From an uncultured delta proteobacterium (GTDB lineage: Bacteria > Desulfobacterota > Desulfobulbia > Desulfobulbales > Desulfocapsaceae): a stretch of DNA of 64,000 bases. How positions within the stretch are numbered: the first letter of the stretch is position 1; each line of letters starts with the position of its first letter. Location of the stretch: positions 1,190-65,189 of the forward strand of contig CAWJYH010000025.1 in the NCBI GenBank assembly GCA_963847035.1. The letters run 5' to 3'. The translations under genes and the position numbers were made by a program. Shown here one piece after another: positions 48,753 to 58,749 of this stretch. The notes under the pieces were generated by a model. That model made no database searches, was not told where the DNA came from, and worked only from the letters and a program-made list of their open reading frames with translations.

Positions 48753-49890
48753 GGAGAAATCCTCCGATCAGGTTGGTCAGGCGCTCGTCCGGGATCAGGA
48801 AGGCGTCGTGGCCGCAGTCGGCCTCGATCTCGCAGAAGCTGACGTCCCGGCCGGCCCGCTTGAGCCGCCGCACCAGCTCCCTCGCCTGGTAGGTCGGGTA
48901 GAGCCAGTCGGAGCTGTAGGAGATCACGAGATACTTGATATCGGGCCGTTCGGATGCCGTCGGATCCGGCCGCTGCGTCATGTCGAAATAGTCGGCGGCG
49001 CGGGTGATGTAGAGCAGGGAATTGGCATCGAAGCGGCGGACGAACGTGCTGCCCTGGTGGCGGAGATAGCTCTCGACCTGGAAGTCGGCGTCGAAGCCGA
49101 AGGAGAAATCGTTCTTGTCCTGCAGCCGCCGGCCGAACTTGCGGCGCATCGCCTCGTCGGAGAGGTAGGTCACGTGGCCGACCATCCGGGCCACGGCGAG
49201 GCCGAGATCGGGACTGCGGCCGGTGTCGTAGTAGTTGCCGCCCTGCCAGTTGGGGTCGGCCATGATCGCCTGGCGGGCGATCTCGTTGAAGGCGATGGCC
49301 AGGGCCGAGTGGCGCATCGTCGTGGCGATCGGGATCGCCGAGCGCACGATCCGGGGGTAGCGCCGGCACCACTCGAGGACCTGCATGCCGCCGACCGAGC
49401 CGCCGACGACGGTCAGCAGGCGGTCGATACCGAGATGGTCGAGCAGCCGTTTCTGGGTCTCGACCATGTCGCCGATGGTGACCATCGGGAAGTCGAGGCC
49501 GTAGGGGCGGCCGGTGGCCGGGTTCATCGAGGAGGGGCCGGTGGTGCCCATGCAGGAGCCGAGGATGTTGGCGCAGACCACGAAATAGCGGTCGGTGTCG
49601 ATCCCCTTGCCGGGGCCGATCAGAAAGTCCCACCACCCCGGCTTGTCGTCCTCCGTCTCGCCGGGGTAGCGCCCTGCGGCATGGGAGTCGCCGGAAAAGG
49701 CGTGGGCGACCAGGATCGCGTTGTCGCGCCCCTCGTTCAGCCGGCCCCAGGTCTCGTAGGCGACGGTCACCGGCCCGAGCCGGGCGCCGCTCTCGAGGAC
49801 CATGGGTTCGGGCGGGTCGGCGAACCGGTGGTAGCGTTTTTCGACGATGCTGTTCGATGCCGGGGCGCTCTGTGCAGTGGCAGCGGTCAT
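48733..49890 (-). CDS. metX: Homoserine O-acetyltransferase MetX
   Basis: Alpha/beta-hydrolase fold with the GGSVGGMQ nucleophile elbow, the conserved PGWWD block, and a C-terminal ...CGHDAFL. Confidence 0.95.
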   Translation of the reverse strand: MTAATAQSAPASNSIVEKRYHRFADPPEPMVLESGARLGPVTVAYETWGRLNEGRDNAILVAHAFSGDSHAAGRYPGETEDDKPGWWDFLIGPGKGIDTDRYFVVCANILGSCMGTTGPSSMNPATGRPYGLDFPMVTIGDMVETQKRLLDHLGIDRLLTVVGGSVGGMQVLEWCRRYPRIVRSAIPIATTMRHSALAIAFNEIARQAIMADPNWQGGNYYDTGRSPDLGLAVARMVGHVTYLSDEAMRRKFGRRLQDKNDFSFGFDADFQVESYLRHQGSTFVRRFDANSLLYITRAADYFDMTQRPDPTASERPDIKYLVISYSSDWLYPTYQARELVRRLKRAGRDVSFCEIEADCGHDAFLIPDERLTNLIGGFLHGVAAA

Positions 49891-49899
49891 GGCCGATGG

Positions 49900-51189
49900 T
49901 CAGTCCTGTCCGGGGAACGCCCGGTCCAGCGCCTGGCCGAGGTCGGCGAGGATGTCGTCGATATGTTCGATCCCGATCGACAGCCGGATCATCGCGGCAT
50001 CGATGCCGGCCGCAGCCAGCTGCTCCGGCTGAAGCTGGGAGTGGGTGGTCGAGGCCGGGTGGATCGCGAGCGACTTGGCGTCGCCGACGTTGGCGAGATG
50101 CGAGAACAGCCGCAGGCCCTCGATGAAGCGGCTGCCGGCCGCCGCCCCGCCCCTGATCCCGAAGGCGACCATGCCGCCGTAGCCGTGGCGCAGGTATTTT
50201 TGGGCGATTGCCTGTCCGGGCGAGCCGGGCAGGCCGGGGTAGTTGACCCACGCCACCGCCGGGTGACGGTGGAGGTAGTCGGCGGCGGCCTGGCCGTTGG
50301 CGCTGTGCCGCTCCATCCGCAGGGCCAGGGTTTCGATGCCCTGGAGGAACAGCCAGGCGTTGTCCGGCGAGATGCAGGCGCCGAGGTTGCGCAGCGGCAC
50401 CAGGCGCAGCCGCAGGGCGAAGGCGATGCGGTTCATCTCCCCGAGATCATGGGCGTAGCGCAGGCCGTGGTAGCTGCCGTCCGGCTCGTTGTAGAGGGTG
50501 AATTTGGGATCGGTCCAGTCGAAGGTGCCGGCGTCGACGACAATGCCGCCGATGCCGGTGCCGTGGCCGCCGATCCACTTGGTCAGCGAGTGGACGACGA
50601 TGTCGGCGCCGTGCTCGATCGGCCGCAGCAGGTAGGGCGGGGTGAAGGTCGAATCGACGATCAGCGGCAGCCCGCGGCGATGGGCGATATCGGCCACCGC
50701 CTGGATGTCGGTCATGTTCAGCGCCGGGTTGCCGAGGGTCTCGCAGTACAGGGCGCGGGTGCGCTCGGTGATGGCATGGGCGAAATTCTGCGGGTCGCTC
50801 GGGTCGACGAGATGGACCTTGATGCCGAGCTGCGGCAGGATGGAGTCGAACTGCGAGTAGGTGCCGCCGTAGAGATTGTTGGCGGCCACGACCTCGTCGC
50901 CCTGGCGGCAGATATTGATGATGGCGTAGAAGATCGCCGAGGTGCCGGAGGCCAGGGCGACGGCCGCCGCTCCGCCCTCGAGGGCGGCGACCCGCTCCTC
51001 GAGCACGGCCTGGGTCGGGTTGCCGAGGCGGGTGTAGATATTGCCGAGCTCCTTCAGGGCGAAGAGGTTGGCGGCGTGTTCGGTGCTCCGGAACAGGTAG
51101 GCGCTGGTCCGGTACACCGGCACCGCCCGCGACAGGCTGTCCTGGTCGACGGTATGGCCGGCATGGAGGGCGAGGGTCTCGAATTTCAT
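49900..51189 (-). CDS. metY: O-acetylhomoserine sulfhydrylase (aminocarboxypropyltransferase) MetY
   Basis: MKFETLALHAGH..., NPT..VLEERVAALEGG, and PLP-Lys block HSLTKWIGGHG. Start at 51189. Confidence 0.95.
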   Translation of the reverse strand: MKFETLALHAGHTVDQDSLSRAVPVYRTSAYLFRSTEHAANLFALKELGNIYTRLGNPTQAVLEERVAALEGGAAAVALASGTSAIFYAIINICRQGDEVVAANNLYGGTYSQFDSILPQLGIKVHLVDPSDPQNFAHAITERTRALYCETLGNPALNMTDIQAVADIAHRRGLPLIVDSTFTPPYLLRPIEHGADIVVHSLTKWIGGHGTGIGGIVVDAGTFDWTDPKFTLYNEPDGSYHGLRYAHDLGEMNRIAFALRLRLVPLRNLGACISPDNAWLFLQGIETLALRMERHSANGQAAADYLHRHPAVAWVNYPGLPGSPGQAIAQKYLRHGYGGMVAFGIRGGAAAGSRFIEGLRLFSHLANVGDAKSLAIHPASTTHSQLQPEQLAAAGIDAAMIRLSIGIEHIDDILADLGQALDRAFPGQD

Positions 51190-51273
51190 GGTCTCTCCTT
51201 GAGGTTCGGGGCGGCCAGATGGATCTTCATCCGCTCCGGCAGCAGGCAACCGTTGCCGGACCGGGGCGGGCCG

Positions 51274-51879
51274 TTACTTGTCCTTCTGGTTCGCCAGTTC
51301 CTTCCGTACCCCGTCGATAAACTGGCGGACGCTGCTGCCGTCGGTCATCTTGGCCTCGGGGTTGAGGCGGAGCAGTTCTTCCCAGCTGGCGATCGCCCCC
51401 TGCGGATCATTGAGGTCAAAGAGCTGGACGATACCCTTGTTCAGGCGCGATGGTTCGTGTTGCGGATCGAGTTGCCGCGCCTTGTCGAAGGATTCGATCG
51501 CCTTTTCCTTCTGTCCGGTATTGCGGTACATGACGCCGAGATCGGTCAGCAGATTGGCGTCGGGCGGATGCAGGGCGATCGAACGGGTATAGGCCTGAAT
51601 CGCCTTCTCGTGTTGATGGGTATCGAAGTAAAGGTGGCCGAGCTTGATCCATGCCTGATAATCGTTCGGCTGGCTGGTGACCGCGCTTTCGAGCTGGGCG
51701 ATGGCGGCGGCCTGTTCCTGCGGAACCTGCTGGGCCGCCTGTTCTCCCGCTGCCGGTGGCGCCGCCATCCGGCTCGTCTTGTAAGTGGTGAAGGCGACAC
51801 CGGCGAGGAAGCCGCCGATGAAAACGATCAGGAGGAGGATCAGGTTGCGGTTTTTCGCTGCTGGCTGTGGTGGGGTCAT
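51274..51879 (-). CDS. Membrane-anchored TPR-repeat protein
   Basis: N-terminal TM (LILLLIVFIGGFLAGVAF) followed by about 3-4 TPR units (AWIKLGHLYFDTHQHEKAIQAY..., LLTDLGVMYRNTGQKEKAIESF...). Confidence 0.75.
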   Translation of the reverse strand: MTPPQPAAKNRNLILLLIVFIGGFLAGVAFTTYKTSRMAAPPAAGEQAAQQVPQEQAAAIAQLESAVTSQPNDYQAWIKLGHLYFDTHQHEKAIQAYTRSIALHPPDANLLTDLGVMYRNTGQKEKAIESFDKARQLDPQHEPSRLNKGIVQLFDLNDPQGAIASWEELLRLNPEAKMTDGSSVRQFIDGVRKELANQKDK

Positions 51880-52209
51880 AATTCGTCCGATATGGGAAGG
51901 AACGGGTTGGCGACGGTCTCGGATACGGCAGGGCGATGACAGTCGGATCAGTTTCTGCGAACGGCCTTCCTGTATACTGCAATGTGGTACAACTCTCAAC
52001 AAAAAGATGGAATCGCCCGCAAGGTCTGGACACTCCGCTGCAGTCATGGCAGACTGGAACGAAACAGAGCATTACCGTTTCACCGGCAGCCCATTTGGAT
52101 AGAAATAAGCAGGCTGAGTCCGCTGTCAATGTCAGGAATGCGGGGAGGGGGACGGAGAAGATGCGAAAGATGAACCGGGTTTCCCGGGGAGGATCAATGG
52201 AGACGGAAC

Positions 52210-54720
52210 ATGAAAAAAAAATTGCAGAAGGTTGAGTCCCAGTCTGATTCGGGCAAGGAATCACCTTCCTGTCCCGAGGCGTTCTTCAAGACCAATACCG
52301 AGGCGATCAAGGACAACATCATCCACCATCTGATGAGTTTTCAGGGGCGGGACCCGGAGCGCTCCGGTCCGACCGACATCTACAAGGCGCTGGCCTACAC
52401 GATGCGCGACATCATGGTCGAGAAGTGGATTTCGACCCAGAAGACCTTTTACGCCAAGAAAAAGAAACGGGTTTACTATCTCTCCCTCGAGTTCCTGATC
52501 GGCCGTTCGCTCGGCAACAGCCTGATCAACCTCGGAATCATGGAGGATGCGAAGAAGGCCATCGAGGACCTTGGCTTCGACATGAGCGAGATCCGTGACC
52601 AGGAAGAGGATGCCGGGCTCGGCAACGGCGGTCTCGGCCGACTTGCCGCCTGTTTCATGGATTCGATCGCCACCCTCAAGATCCCCGCCTACGGTTATGG
52701 TATCCGCTATGAATACGGGATGTTCTACCAGCAGCTGATCGACGGTTACCAGGTCGAGACCCCGGACAACTGGCTGCGCTACGGCACGCCGTGGGAGTTC
52801 GAGCGGCGGGTGCCGGTCTTTCCGGTCCGTTTCTACGGCAACGTCACCGGTTATCTGGACGACAACGGCCGCTACCGGGCCAAATGGGTCAATACCACCG
52901 ACGTGATGGCCATGCCCTGCGACATCCTGGTGCCGGGCTACCGCAACGATCATGTCATCAACATGCGCCTGTGGACGGCCCGGGCCTCGCGTGACTTCGA
53001 CCTCGGCTTTTTCAGCCAGGGCGACTATATCAGCGCCGTCCAGTCGAAGGTCAGTTCCGAGACCATCTCGAAGGTCCTCTACCCGCCGGACCACAACCTC
53101 GCCGGCCAGGAACTGCGGCTCAAGCAGCAGTACTTCTTCGTCGCCGCGACCCTGCAGGACGTGATGCGGCGCTTCAAGAAGAACAACAGGGACGGATTCG
53201 GCAAATTCAGCGATGCGGTGGCGGTACAGCTCAACGATACCCATCCGTCCATCGCCATCCCCGAACTGATGCGGATGCTCCTCGACACGGAGGGCCTGAC
53301 CTGGGAGGAGGCCTGGGACATCTGCGTCAAGACCTTCGCCTATACCAACCATACCCTGATGGCCGAGGCCCTCGAAAAATGGACTGTCGATCTGCTGGGC
53401 CGGGTCCTGCCCCGGCACCTCGAAATCATCTACGAGATCAACCGCCGCTTTCTCGAGGCGGTGGCCCAGACCTATCCCGGCGACATCAACCGGCTGCGGA
53501 ACATGTCGATCATCGAGGAGGGGCCGCCGAAGAAGGTGCGCATGGCCCATCTCGCCATCGTCGGCAGCCATTCGGTCAACGGGGTGGCGGCATTGCACAC
53601 CCGGCTGCTGAAGGACCGGCTGTTCCACGATTTTCATCGGTTCTATCCGGGAAAATTCAACAACAAGACCAACGGCATCACTCCGCGCCGCTGGCTGCTG
53701 CAGGCCAACCCGGAGCTCTCGGCCCTGATCAGCGAGAAGGTCGGCGAGGGCTGGGCCATCGACCTCGACCGCTTGCGGCGCCTCGAACCGTTGGCCGATG
53801 ACCCCGAATTCCGCCGCCGCTGGCAGGACGTCAAGCGGGCCAACAAGTTACGGCTGGCCGAGTACGTCAAGGACCTCTGTTCGCTGACCATTGATCCCGA
53901 CTCGATGTTCGACGTCCAGGTCAAGCGGATCCACGAGTACAAGCGGCAGCTGCTCAACGCCCTGCACGTCATCCATCTCTACCACCGGATCCTGCGCGAC
54001 AGCGGCGAGGGGATCGCCCCCCGGACGGTGATCTTCGGCGGCAAGGCGGCCCCGTCCTACTGGCGGGCGAAACTGATCATCAAGCTGATCACCTCGATTG
54101 CCGACGTCGTCAACAACGACCCCCGCATCCTCGGTCGGCTGAAGGTGATCTTCCTTCCCAATTACACGGTGTCCCAGGCCGAGAAGATCATCCCGGCGGC
54201 AGACCTGTCCGAGCAGATCTCCACCGCCGGCACCGAGGCCTCCGGCACCGGCAACATGAAGTTCGCGCTCAACGGGGCCCTGACCATCGGCACCCTCGAC
54301 GGGGCCAATATCGAGATCCGCGAGGAGGTCGGCGAGGACAATATCTTCATCTTCGGCATGACCGCCGAGGAGGCCGAGTACGAGCGTCTCAACATCAGTC
54401 GCACGCCGATGCAGATCTGCCGGGCCAACGCCGAGATCAACGACGTGATCGAGAGCCTGAAGAACGGCTGTTTCAGCCCCGGCAACCGCGAACTCTTCAT
54501 GCCGCTGGTCGACAGCCTGATGAACCAGTACGATCCCTATCTGCTGCTGCTCGATCTGGAGTCCTACATCCAGTGTCAGCATCGTGTCAACGCCGCCTTC
54601 CTCGACCCTGAGAACTGGACGCGGATGGCGATTCTCAACGTGGCGCGGATGGGCAAGTTCTCAACCGATCGGACGATCAGGGAGTATTCCGAGGAGATAT
54701 GGGGGATACCGGTGGCCTGA
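52210..54720 (+). CDS. glgP: Glycogen/maltodextrin phosphorylase
   Basis: 836 aa with YLSLEFLIGR, LGNGGLGRLAACF and the PLP site EASGTGNMKFALNGALTIGTLDGANIE. Confidence 0.95.
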   Translation: MKKKLQKVESQSDSGKESPSCPEAFFKTNTEAIKDNIIHHLMSFQGRDPERSGPTDIYKALAYTMRDIMVEKWISTQKTFYAKKKKRVYYLSLEFLIGRSLGNSLINLGIMEDAKKAIEDLGFDMSEIRDQEEDAGLGNGGLGRLAACFMDSIATLKIPAYGYGIRYEYGMFYQQLIDGYQVETPDNWLRYGTPWEFERRVPVFPVRFYGNVTGYLDDNGRYRAKWVNTTDVMAMPCDILVPGYRNDHVINMRLWTARASRDFDLGFFSQGDYISAVQSKVSSETISKVLYPPDHNLAGQELRLKQQYFFVAATLQDVMRRFKKNNRDGFGKFSDAVAVQLNDTHPSIAIPELMRMLLDTEGLTWEEAWDICVKTFAYTNHTLMAEALEKWTVDLLGRVLPRHLEIIYEINRRFLEAVAQTYPGDINRLRNMSIIEEGPPKKVRMAHLAIVGSHSVNGVAALHTRLLKDRLFHDFHRFYPGKFNNKTNGITPRRWLLQANPELSALISEKVGEGWAIDLDRLRRLEPLADDPEFRRRWQDVKRANKLRLAEYVKDLCSLTIDPDSMFDVQVKRIHEYKRQLLNALHVIHLYHRILRDSGEGIAPRTVIFGGKAAPSYWRAKLIIKLITSIADVVNNDPRILGRLKVIFLPNYTVSQAEKIIPAADLSEQISTAGTEASGTGNMKFALNGALTIGTLDGANIEIREEVGEDNIFIFGMTAEEAEYERLNISRTPMQICRANAEINDVIESLKNGCFSPGNRELFMPLVDSLMNQYDPYLLLLDLESYIQCQHRVNAAFLDPENWTRMAILNVARMGKFSTDRTIREYSEEIWGIPVA

Positions 54721-54805
54721 GGGAGGTGCGGCGGCTGAACTTTGACGTGCGTATCGCCTTCGTCTGTGCTATACAGGGGCAGCCGTGAACCGGCCGGAAA
54801 CGCGA

Positions 54806-54835
54806 AAGGGACCATGGCTGATGCCATGGTCCCTT
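54806..54835. terminator. Bidirectional hairpin terminator between glgP and tRNA-Cys
   Basis: 12-bp perfect stem AAGGGACCATGG / CCATGGTCCCTT with a 6-nt loop. On the minus strand it follows the tRNA by 10 nt and is followed by UUUCGCGUUU. Confidence 0.55.
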
Positions 54836-54845
54836 GTCAATCTGC

Positions 54846-54921
54846 TGGAGGCGGCGAGCGGATTCGAACCGCTGAATAATGGTTTTGCAGACCACTGCCT
54901 TAGCCACTTGGCTACGCCGCC
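54846..54921 (-). tRNA. tRNA-Cys (anticodon GCA)
   Basis: Reverse complement GGCGGCGTAGCCAAGTGGCTAAGGCAGTGGTCTGCAAAACCATTATTCAGCGGTTCGAATCCGCTCGCCGCCTCCA. It has a 7-bp acceptor stem, anticodon loop CUGCAAA, TPsiC GGTTCGAATCC, the U73 discriminator typical of tRNA-Cys, and an encoded CCA. Confidence 0.93.
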
Positions 54922-54976
54922 GCAACGGTGAGGCCATCTTTATACCATAGTCGTTCATTTTGACAAGAGGAAATAT

Positions 54977-55711
54977 TTGAGCATGGCAACGGATCTCGAC
55001 GCCTTGGTGCAGGAGAACAAGGAGCCGCTGAGCGAGTTAGAGAAGATCCTCGGTTATCGTTTCACCGACCTGCGGCTGTTGCAGCTGGCCCTCGTCCACT
55101 CCTCCTATTCCTTTGAACAGCCGTCCTTCGGCAAGAACAACGAGACCCTCGAGTACCTGGGCGATGCCGTCCTGTATCTGGCGGTCGGGCACCTGCTGCA
55201 CCAGCGGTATCCGGAGATGCGGGAAGGCGAGCTGACCCGGCTCCGGTCGGCCCTGGTCAACGAAACCCACCTGGCCCAGATGGCGCGCAACATCGAGCTC
55301 GGACGCTTCCTGCGCCTCGGCAAGGGGGAAGATGCCTCGAACGGCCGCAACAAGTCCTCTATCCTCAGTTCCGCCTACGAGGCGGTGATCGGAGCGATCT
55401 TCGAGGATGCCGGCTATTATCTGGCGGCCGATTGTATCGCAACCTTCTTCATCCCGGCGATCTCCGGCAAGAAGGAGGAACTGCTGGTGGCCGACGCCAA
55501 GAGCCGACTGCAGGAGATGCTGCAGGACAAGTATAACGAGGGGCCCCAGTACCAGCTGGATCAGGAGGAGGGGCCGTCGCACCAGCCGCTGTTCACCACT
55601 TCGGTCGTGTTCCGCGGCGAGGTCCTCGGCACCGGTCAGGCCCGGTCGAAGAAAGAGGCGGAACAGCGGGCCGCCGCCGCCGCTCTCGGTGTGCTGCAGG
55701 AAAGTCAATGA
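54977..55711 (+). CDS. rnc: Ribonuclease III
   Basis: RNase III signature NETLEYLGDAVL, and a C-terminal dsRBD (...GPSHQPLFTTSVVFRGEVLGTGQARSKKEAEQRAA). Start is TTG 54977 or ATG 54983. Confidence 0.95.
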   Translation: MSMATDLDALVQENKEPLSELEKILGYRFTDLRLLQLALVHSSYSFEQPSFGKNNETLEYLGDAVLYLAVGHLLHQRYPEMREGELTRLRSALVNETHLAQMARNIELGRFLRLGKGEDASNGRNKSSILSSAYEAVIGAIFEDAGYYLAADCIATFFIPAISGKKEELLVADAKSRLQEMLQDKYNEGPQYQLDQEEGPSHQPLFTTSVVFRGEVLGTGQARSKKEAEQRAAAAALGVLQESQ

Positions 55712-55717
55712 TCCGTC

Positions 55718-56746
55718 ATGCCTCTTGTCATTCCGCTCTTCATCCCGCATCGGGGATGCCCCCACCTCTGCCTTTTCTGTAACCAGCACAGCATTGTCGC
55801 GGCCTGTCCGGCGGCGGCGGATGCGGCGGCCATCGGCGATATCATCCGCACCTGGATCAGGCGCAGCCCGGGGTACGATGAGGTCCAGGCCGCCTTTTTC
55901 GGTGGTTCCTTCACCTGTCTGCCCCTGGCCGAGCAGGAGCGGCTGCTGGCGGCGGTGCGCCCGTTCGTCGATTCCGGCGAGGTGCAGACGATCCGTCTGT
56001 CGACCCGTCCGGATTGCATCGATGCCGAGACCTGCCGGTTTCTCCGCGACCATCGGGTCGGCATCGTCGAACTCGGTGTCCAGTCCTTCGACGACCGGGT
56101 GCTGCTGGCGGCCCACCGCGGCCATACGGCGGCGGACAGCCGGCGGGCGGTGGAACTGCTGCAGCAGGCCGGGATCGCGGTCGGTATCCAGTTGATGCCC
56201 GGTCTGCCGGGGGAGACGCATCGCTCCTTCATCGCCGGCATCCGCCGGACCATCGCCCTGGCCCCGGCCGTGGTCCGCCTTTATCCGGCGGTGGTACTGC
56301 GCAATACCGGCCTTGCCGCCGAGTGGCAGGCCGGCCGCTATCGGCCGCTGTCGCTCAACCAGGCGGTGGCGAAAACCGCCCGGGCGAAGGAGCTGCTCGC
56401 TGCGGCCGGTATCCGGGTGATCCGCATGGGCCTGCAGCCCTCCGCCGAACTGGAGGCCGAGATCGTGGCCGGGCCCTATCACCCGGCCTTCGGCGAGTGC
56501 GTCCAGTCGCGGCTGTGGTTCAAACGGATCCGGCGGCGGCTGGCAGGTCTGGCGGAAGGCGAACATCTGACGATCCGCATCTCCGGACGGGACCGGTCGG
56601 CCATCGTCGGCCGCCACCGAACCACCCTCCGGCGCCTGGCGGCCCTCGGCTACGCCGGCCGCTACACGCTGGAGGAGGACCGGCGGGCGGTACGGGGGAG
56701 TGTGGAATATGTTGTCAGTCAAAGCCCTCCTCCCCCCGCCTCCTGA
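55718..56746 (+). CDS. Radical SAM protein (ELP3-like N-terminal radical-SAM domain)
   Basis: FIPHRGCPHLCLFCNQ CxxxCxxC motif 7 nt after rnc, with a TIM-barrel-like continuation (FFGGSFT, ELGVQSF). Confidence 0.85.
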   Translation: MPLVIPLFIPHRGCPHLCLFCNQHSIVAACPAAADAAAIGDIIRTWIRRSPGYDEVQAAFFGGSFTCLPLAEQERLLAAVRPFVDSGEVQTIRLSTRPDCIDAETCRFLRDHRVGIVELGVQSFDDRVLLAAHRGHTAADSRRAVELLQQAGIAVGIQLMPGLPGETHRSFIAGIRRTIALAPAVVRLYPAVVLRNTGLAAEWQAGRYRPLSLNQAVAKTARAKELLAAAGIRVIRMGLQPSAELEAEIVAGPYHPAFGECVQSRLWFKRIRRRLAGLAEGEHLTIRISGRDRSAIVGRHRTTLRRLAALGYAGRYTLEEDRRAVRGSVEYVVSQSPPPPAS

Positions 56747-56923
56747 TTGCATCCGAGTCGCTGGAAGCCGCAGGGCTCGACGTCCATCAACAGCCTGCCA
56801 TCGATTTCGGCCGGCAACCCGTCGAGAGGATACCCCTGCTGCAGCGGCCATCCGGCACGGTCCTCGCCGGGCAACGCTCCTTGTCTCCGGCGGTGCGTTC
56901 CGTCAAGATTGCGACCGTCGGGC

Positions 56924-56951
56924 TTGACAGCACCGGGCGACGCCGTATAAT
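56924..56951 (+). promoter_or_regulatory. Near-consensus sigma70 promoter of the TetR/efflux operon
   Basis: TTGACA (56924-56929), a 16-nt spacer, then TATAAT (56946-56951), 39 nt upstream of the TetR ATG. Confidence 0.6.
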
Positions 56952-56978
56952 CAAGATAGTAACCAATTACTATCTTGA
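56951..56978. promoter_or_regulatory. 28-bp perfect palindrome, probable TetR operator
   Basis: TCAAGATAGTAA-ccaa-TTACTATCTTGA. Its 12-bp arms abut the -10 box and cover the likely transcription start. Confidence 0.65.
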
Positions 56979-56989
56979 GTGGAGGTCGT

Positions 56990-57599
56990 ATGCGCAACCG
57001 TGTCAATCATCTCCCGGCCGAGGAACGGCGTGCCGTGATTGTCCAGACCGTGATCGAACTGGCCGCCGGAGCAGCACCCGAACGGCATCACCACAGCGGC
57101 GATTGCCGAGCGCATGGGACTGACCCAGGGGGCCCTGTTTCGCCATTTTCCCAACAAGGCGGCGATACTGGAGGCGGTGATGGGGTGGGTGGTGGAGCGA
57201 TTGTCAGCCCGGTTGGCGAGGGCCACCGCGGGAGCGGCCTCACCCGCTGCCGCACTGGAGGCGATGTTCATGGCCCATGCCGGGTTTGTCGCCGACCATC
57301 CGGGCGTGCCCCATCTGCTGTTCGGCGAGCTGCAGAACGCTGACAAGACGGCCGCCAAGGCCATGGTGCAGTCGCTGGTCCAGCGGTATGGCGAGCGCTT
57401 GCGGGAGTTGATCGAACAGGGCAAGGCGATCGGCGAACTCGACCCCGACCTCGACACCGGGGCCGCCGCCATCCTGTTCATCGGCACGCTGCAGGGGCTG
57501 GTGGTGCAGTCACTGCTGGCCGGTGACGTCGGCCGCATCGGCGATGATGCGCCGCGGGTCTTTGCTATCTATCAACGTGGTATCAGGAGGAGATCATGA
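56990..57599 (+). pseudogene. TetR/AcrR-family repressor, needs a +1 frame correction near 57068
   Basis: Frame 2 reads MRNRVNHLPAEERRAVIVQTVIELAA. After one extra G, frame 0 continues EQHPNGITTAAIAERMGLTQGALFRHFPNKAAILEAV... (canonical TetR HTH). Length 610 nt = 3n+1. Confidence 0.75.
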
Positions 57600-58749
57600 A
57601 CCGATTCCCCATACAGAGGCGGACCCTGGTGATGCTGGCCGGATTTGTGCCCCTGATCGCCCTCTTCGTCTATGTCGCCTTGCGGTCGGGGGCGCTGGCC
57701 CCGGTGCCGGTGACGGTGGCGAAGGTGGAAAATCGCTCCGATCGCGCCGGCGCTGTTCGGCATCGGCACCGTCGAGGCCAGGTACACCTACCGGATCGGT
57801 CCCACCTTCACCGGGCGGGTCAAACGTCTGGATGTGGAGGTCGGAGATCACGTCGAGGCCGGCCAGGTCCTCGGCGAAATGGACCCGATCGATCTCGACG
57901 AGCGCATCCGCGCCCATGGAGGCGGCGCTGAAGCGCACCGCGGCCCAGATCGATGAAGCCCGGGCCCGCCATGGTTACGCCCAGGCCCAGGCCCGGCGGT
58001 ATCAAAGACTGCTGGAGGCGCGGACGACCAGCGAGGAGACCGTCACCACCAAAAAGAATGAATACCAGATCGCCGCGGCGAGTTTGAACGCGGCGCAGGA
58101 GGAATCGGTCCGCGTCGGCGCCGAACTGAAGGCCTTGATCGCCCAACGCGAGAGCCTTGTCCTTGTCGCCCCGGCCGCTGGGCTGGTCACCGCCCGCCAT
58201 GCCGATCCCGGCGCCACGGTCGTCGCCGGCCAGGCCGTTGTCGAGCTGATCGACCCCGCACAATTGTGGATCAATGTCCGTTTCGATCAGATCAATGCCC
58301 ATGGCCTTGCCGCCAATCTGCCGGCCCATATCGTCCTGCGCTCGCAGGCCGCCGAGTCCCGGGCCGGTCGCGTCTTGCGGGTGGAACCCTTGGCCGACGC
58401 GGTGACCGAGGAAACCCTGGCCAAAGCGGTCTTCGACGAGTTGCCGCAACCGCTGCCGCCGCTCGGCGAACTGGCCGAGGTCACCGTCGATTTGCCGCCG
58501 CTTGCGGCCGGGCCGGTGATTCCGAATGCGGCCATCCAGCGCATCGACGGCCAATTGGGGGTGTGGCGGGTCAGCGATGGCGATCTGCGCTTCACGCCGG
58601 TGACGTTGGGTATCGCCGATCTTGACGGTACTGTCCAGGTGCGCGATGGTCTCGAGGTCGATGACGAGATCATCGTTTACAGCGCCAAGGCCCTCCATCC
58701 GCGCAGCCGCATTCGCGTGGTCGAGCATCTGACGGGGGTAAAACCATGA
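57596..58749 (+). pseudogene. Efflux periplasmic adaptor (HlyD/MFP family), needs two +1 corrections (about 57740 and 57915)
   Basis: MNRFPIQ...VTVAKVENRS | IAPALFGIGTVEARYTYRIGPTFTGRVKRLDVEVGDHVEAGQVLGEMDPIDLDERIRA | MEAALKRTAAQIDEARA... is read across three frames. Length 1154 nt = 3n+2. ATGA overlaps with both neighbours. Confidence 0.75.
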
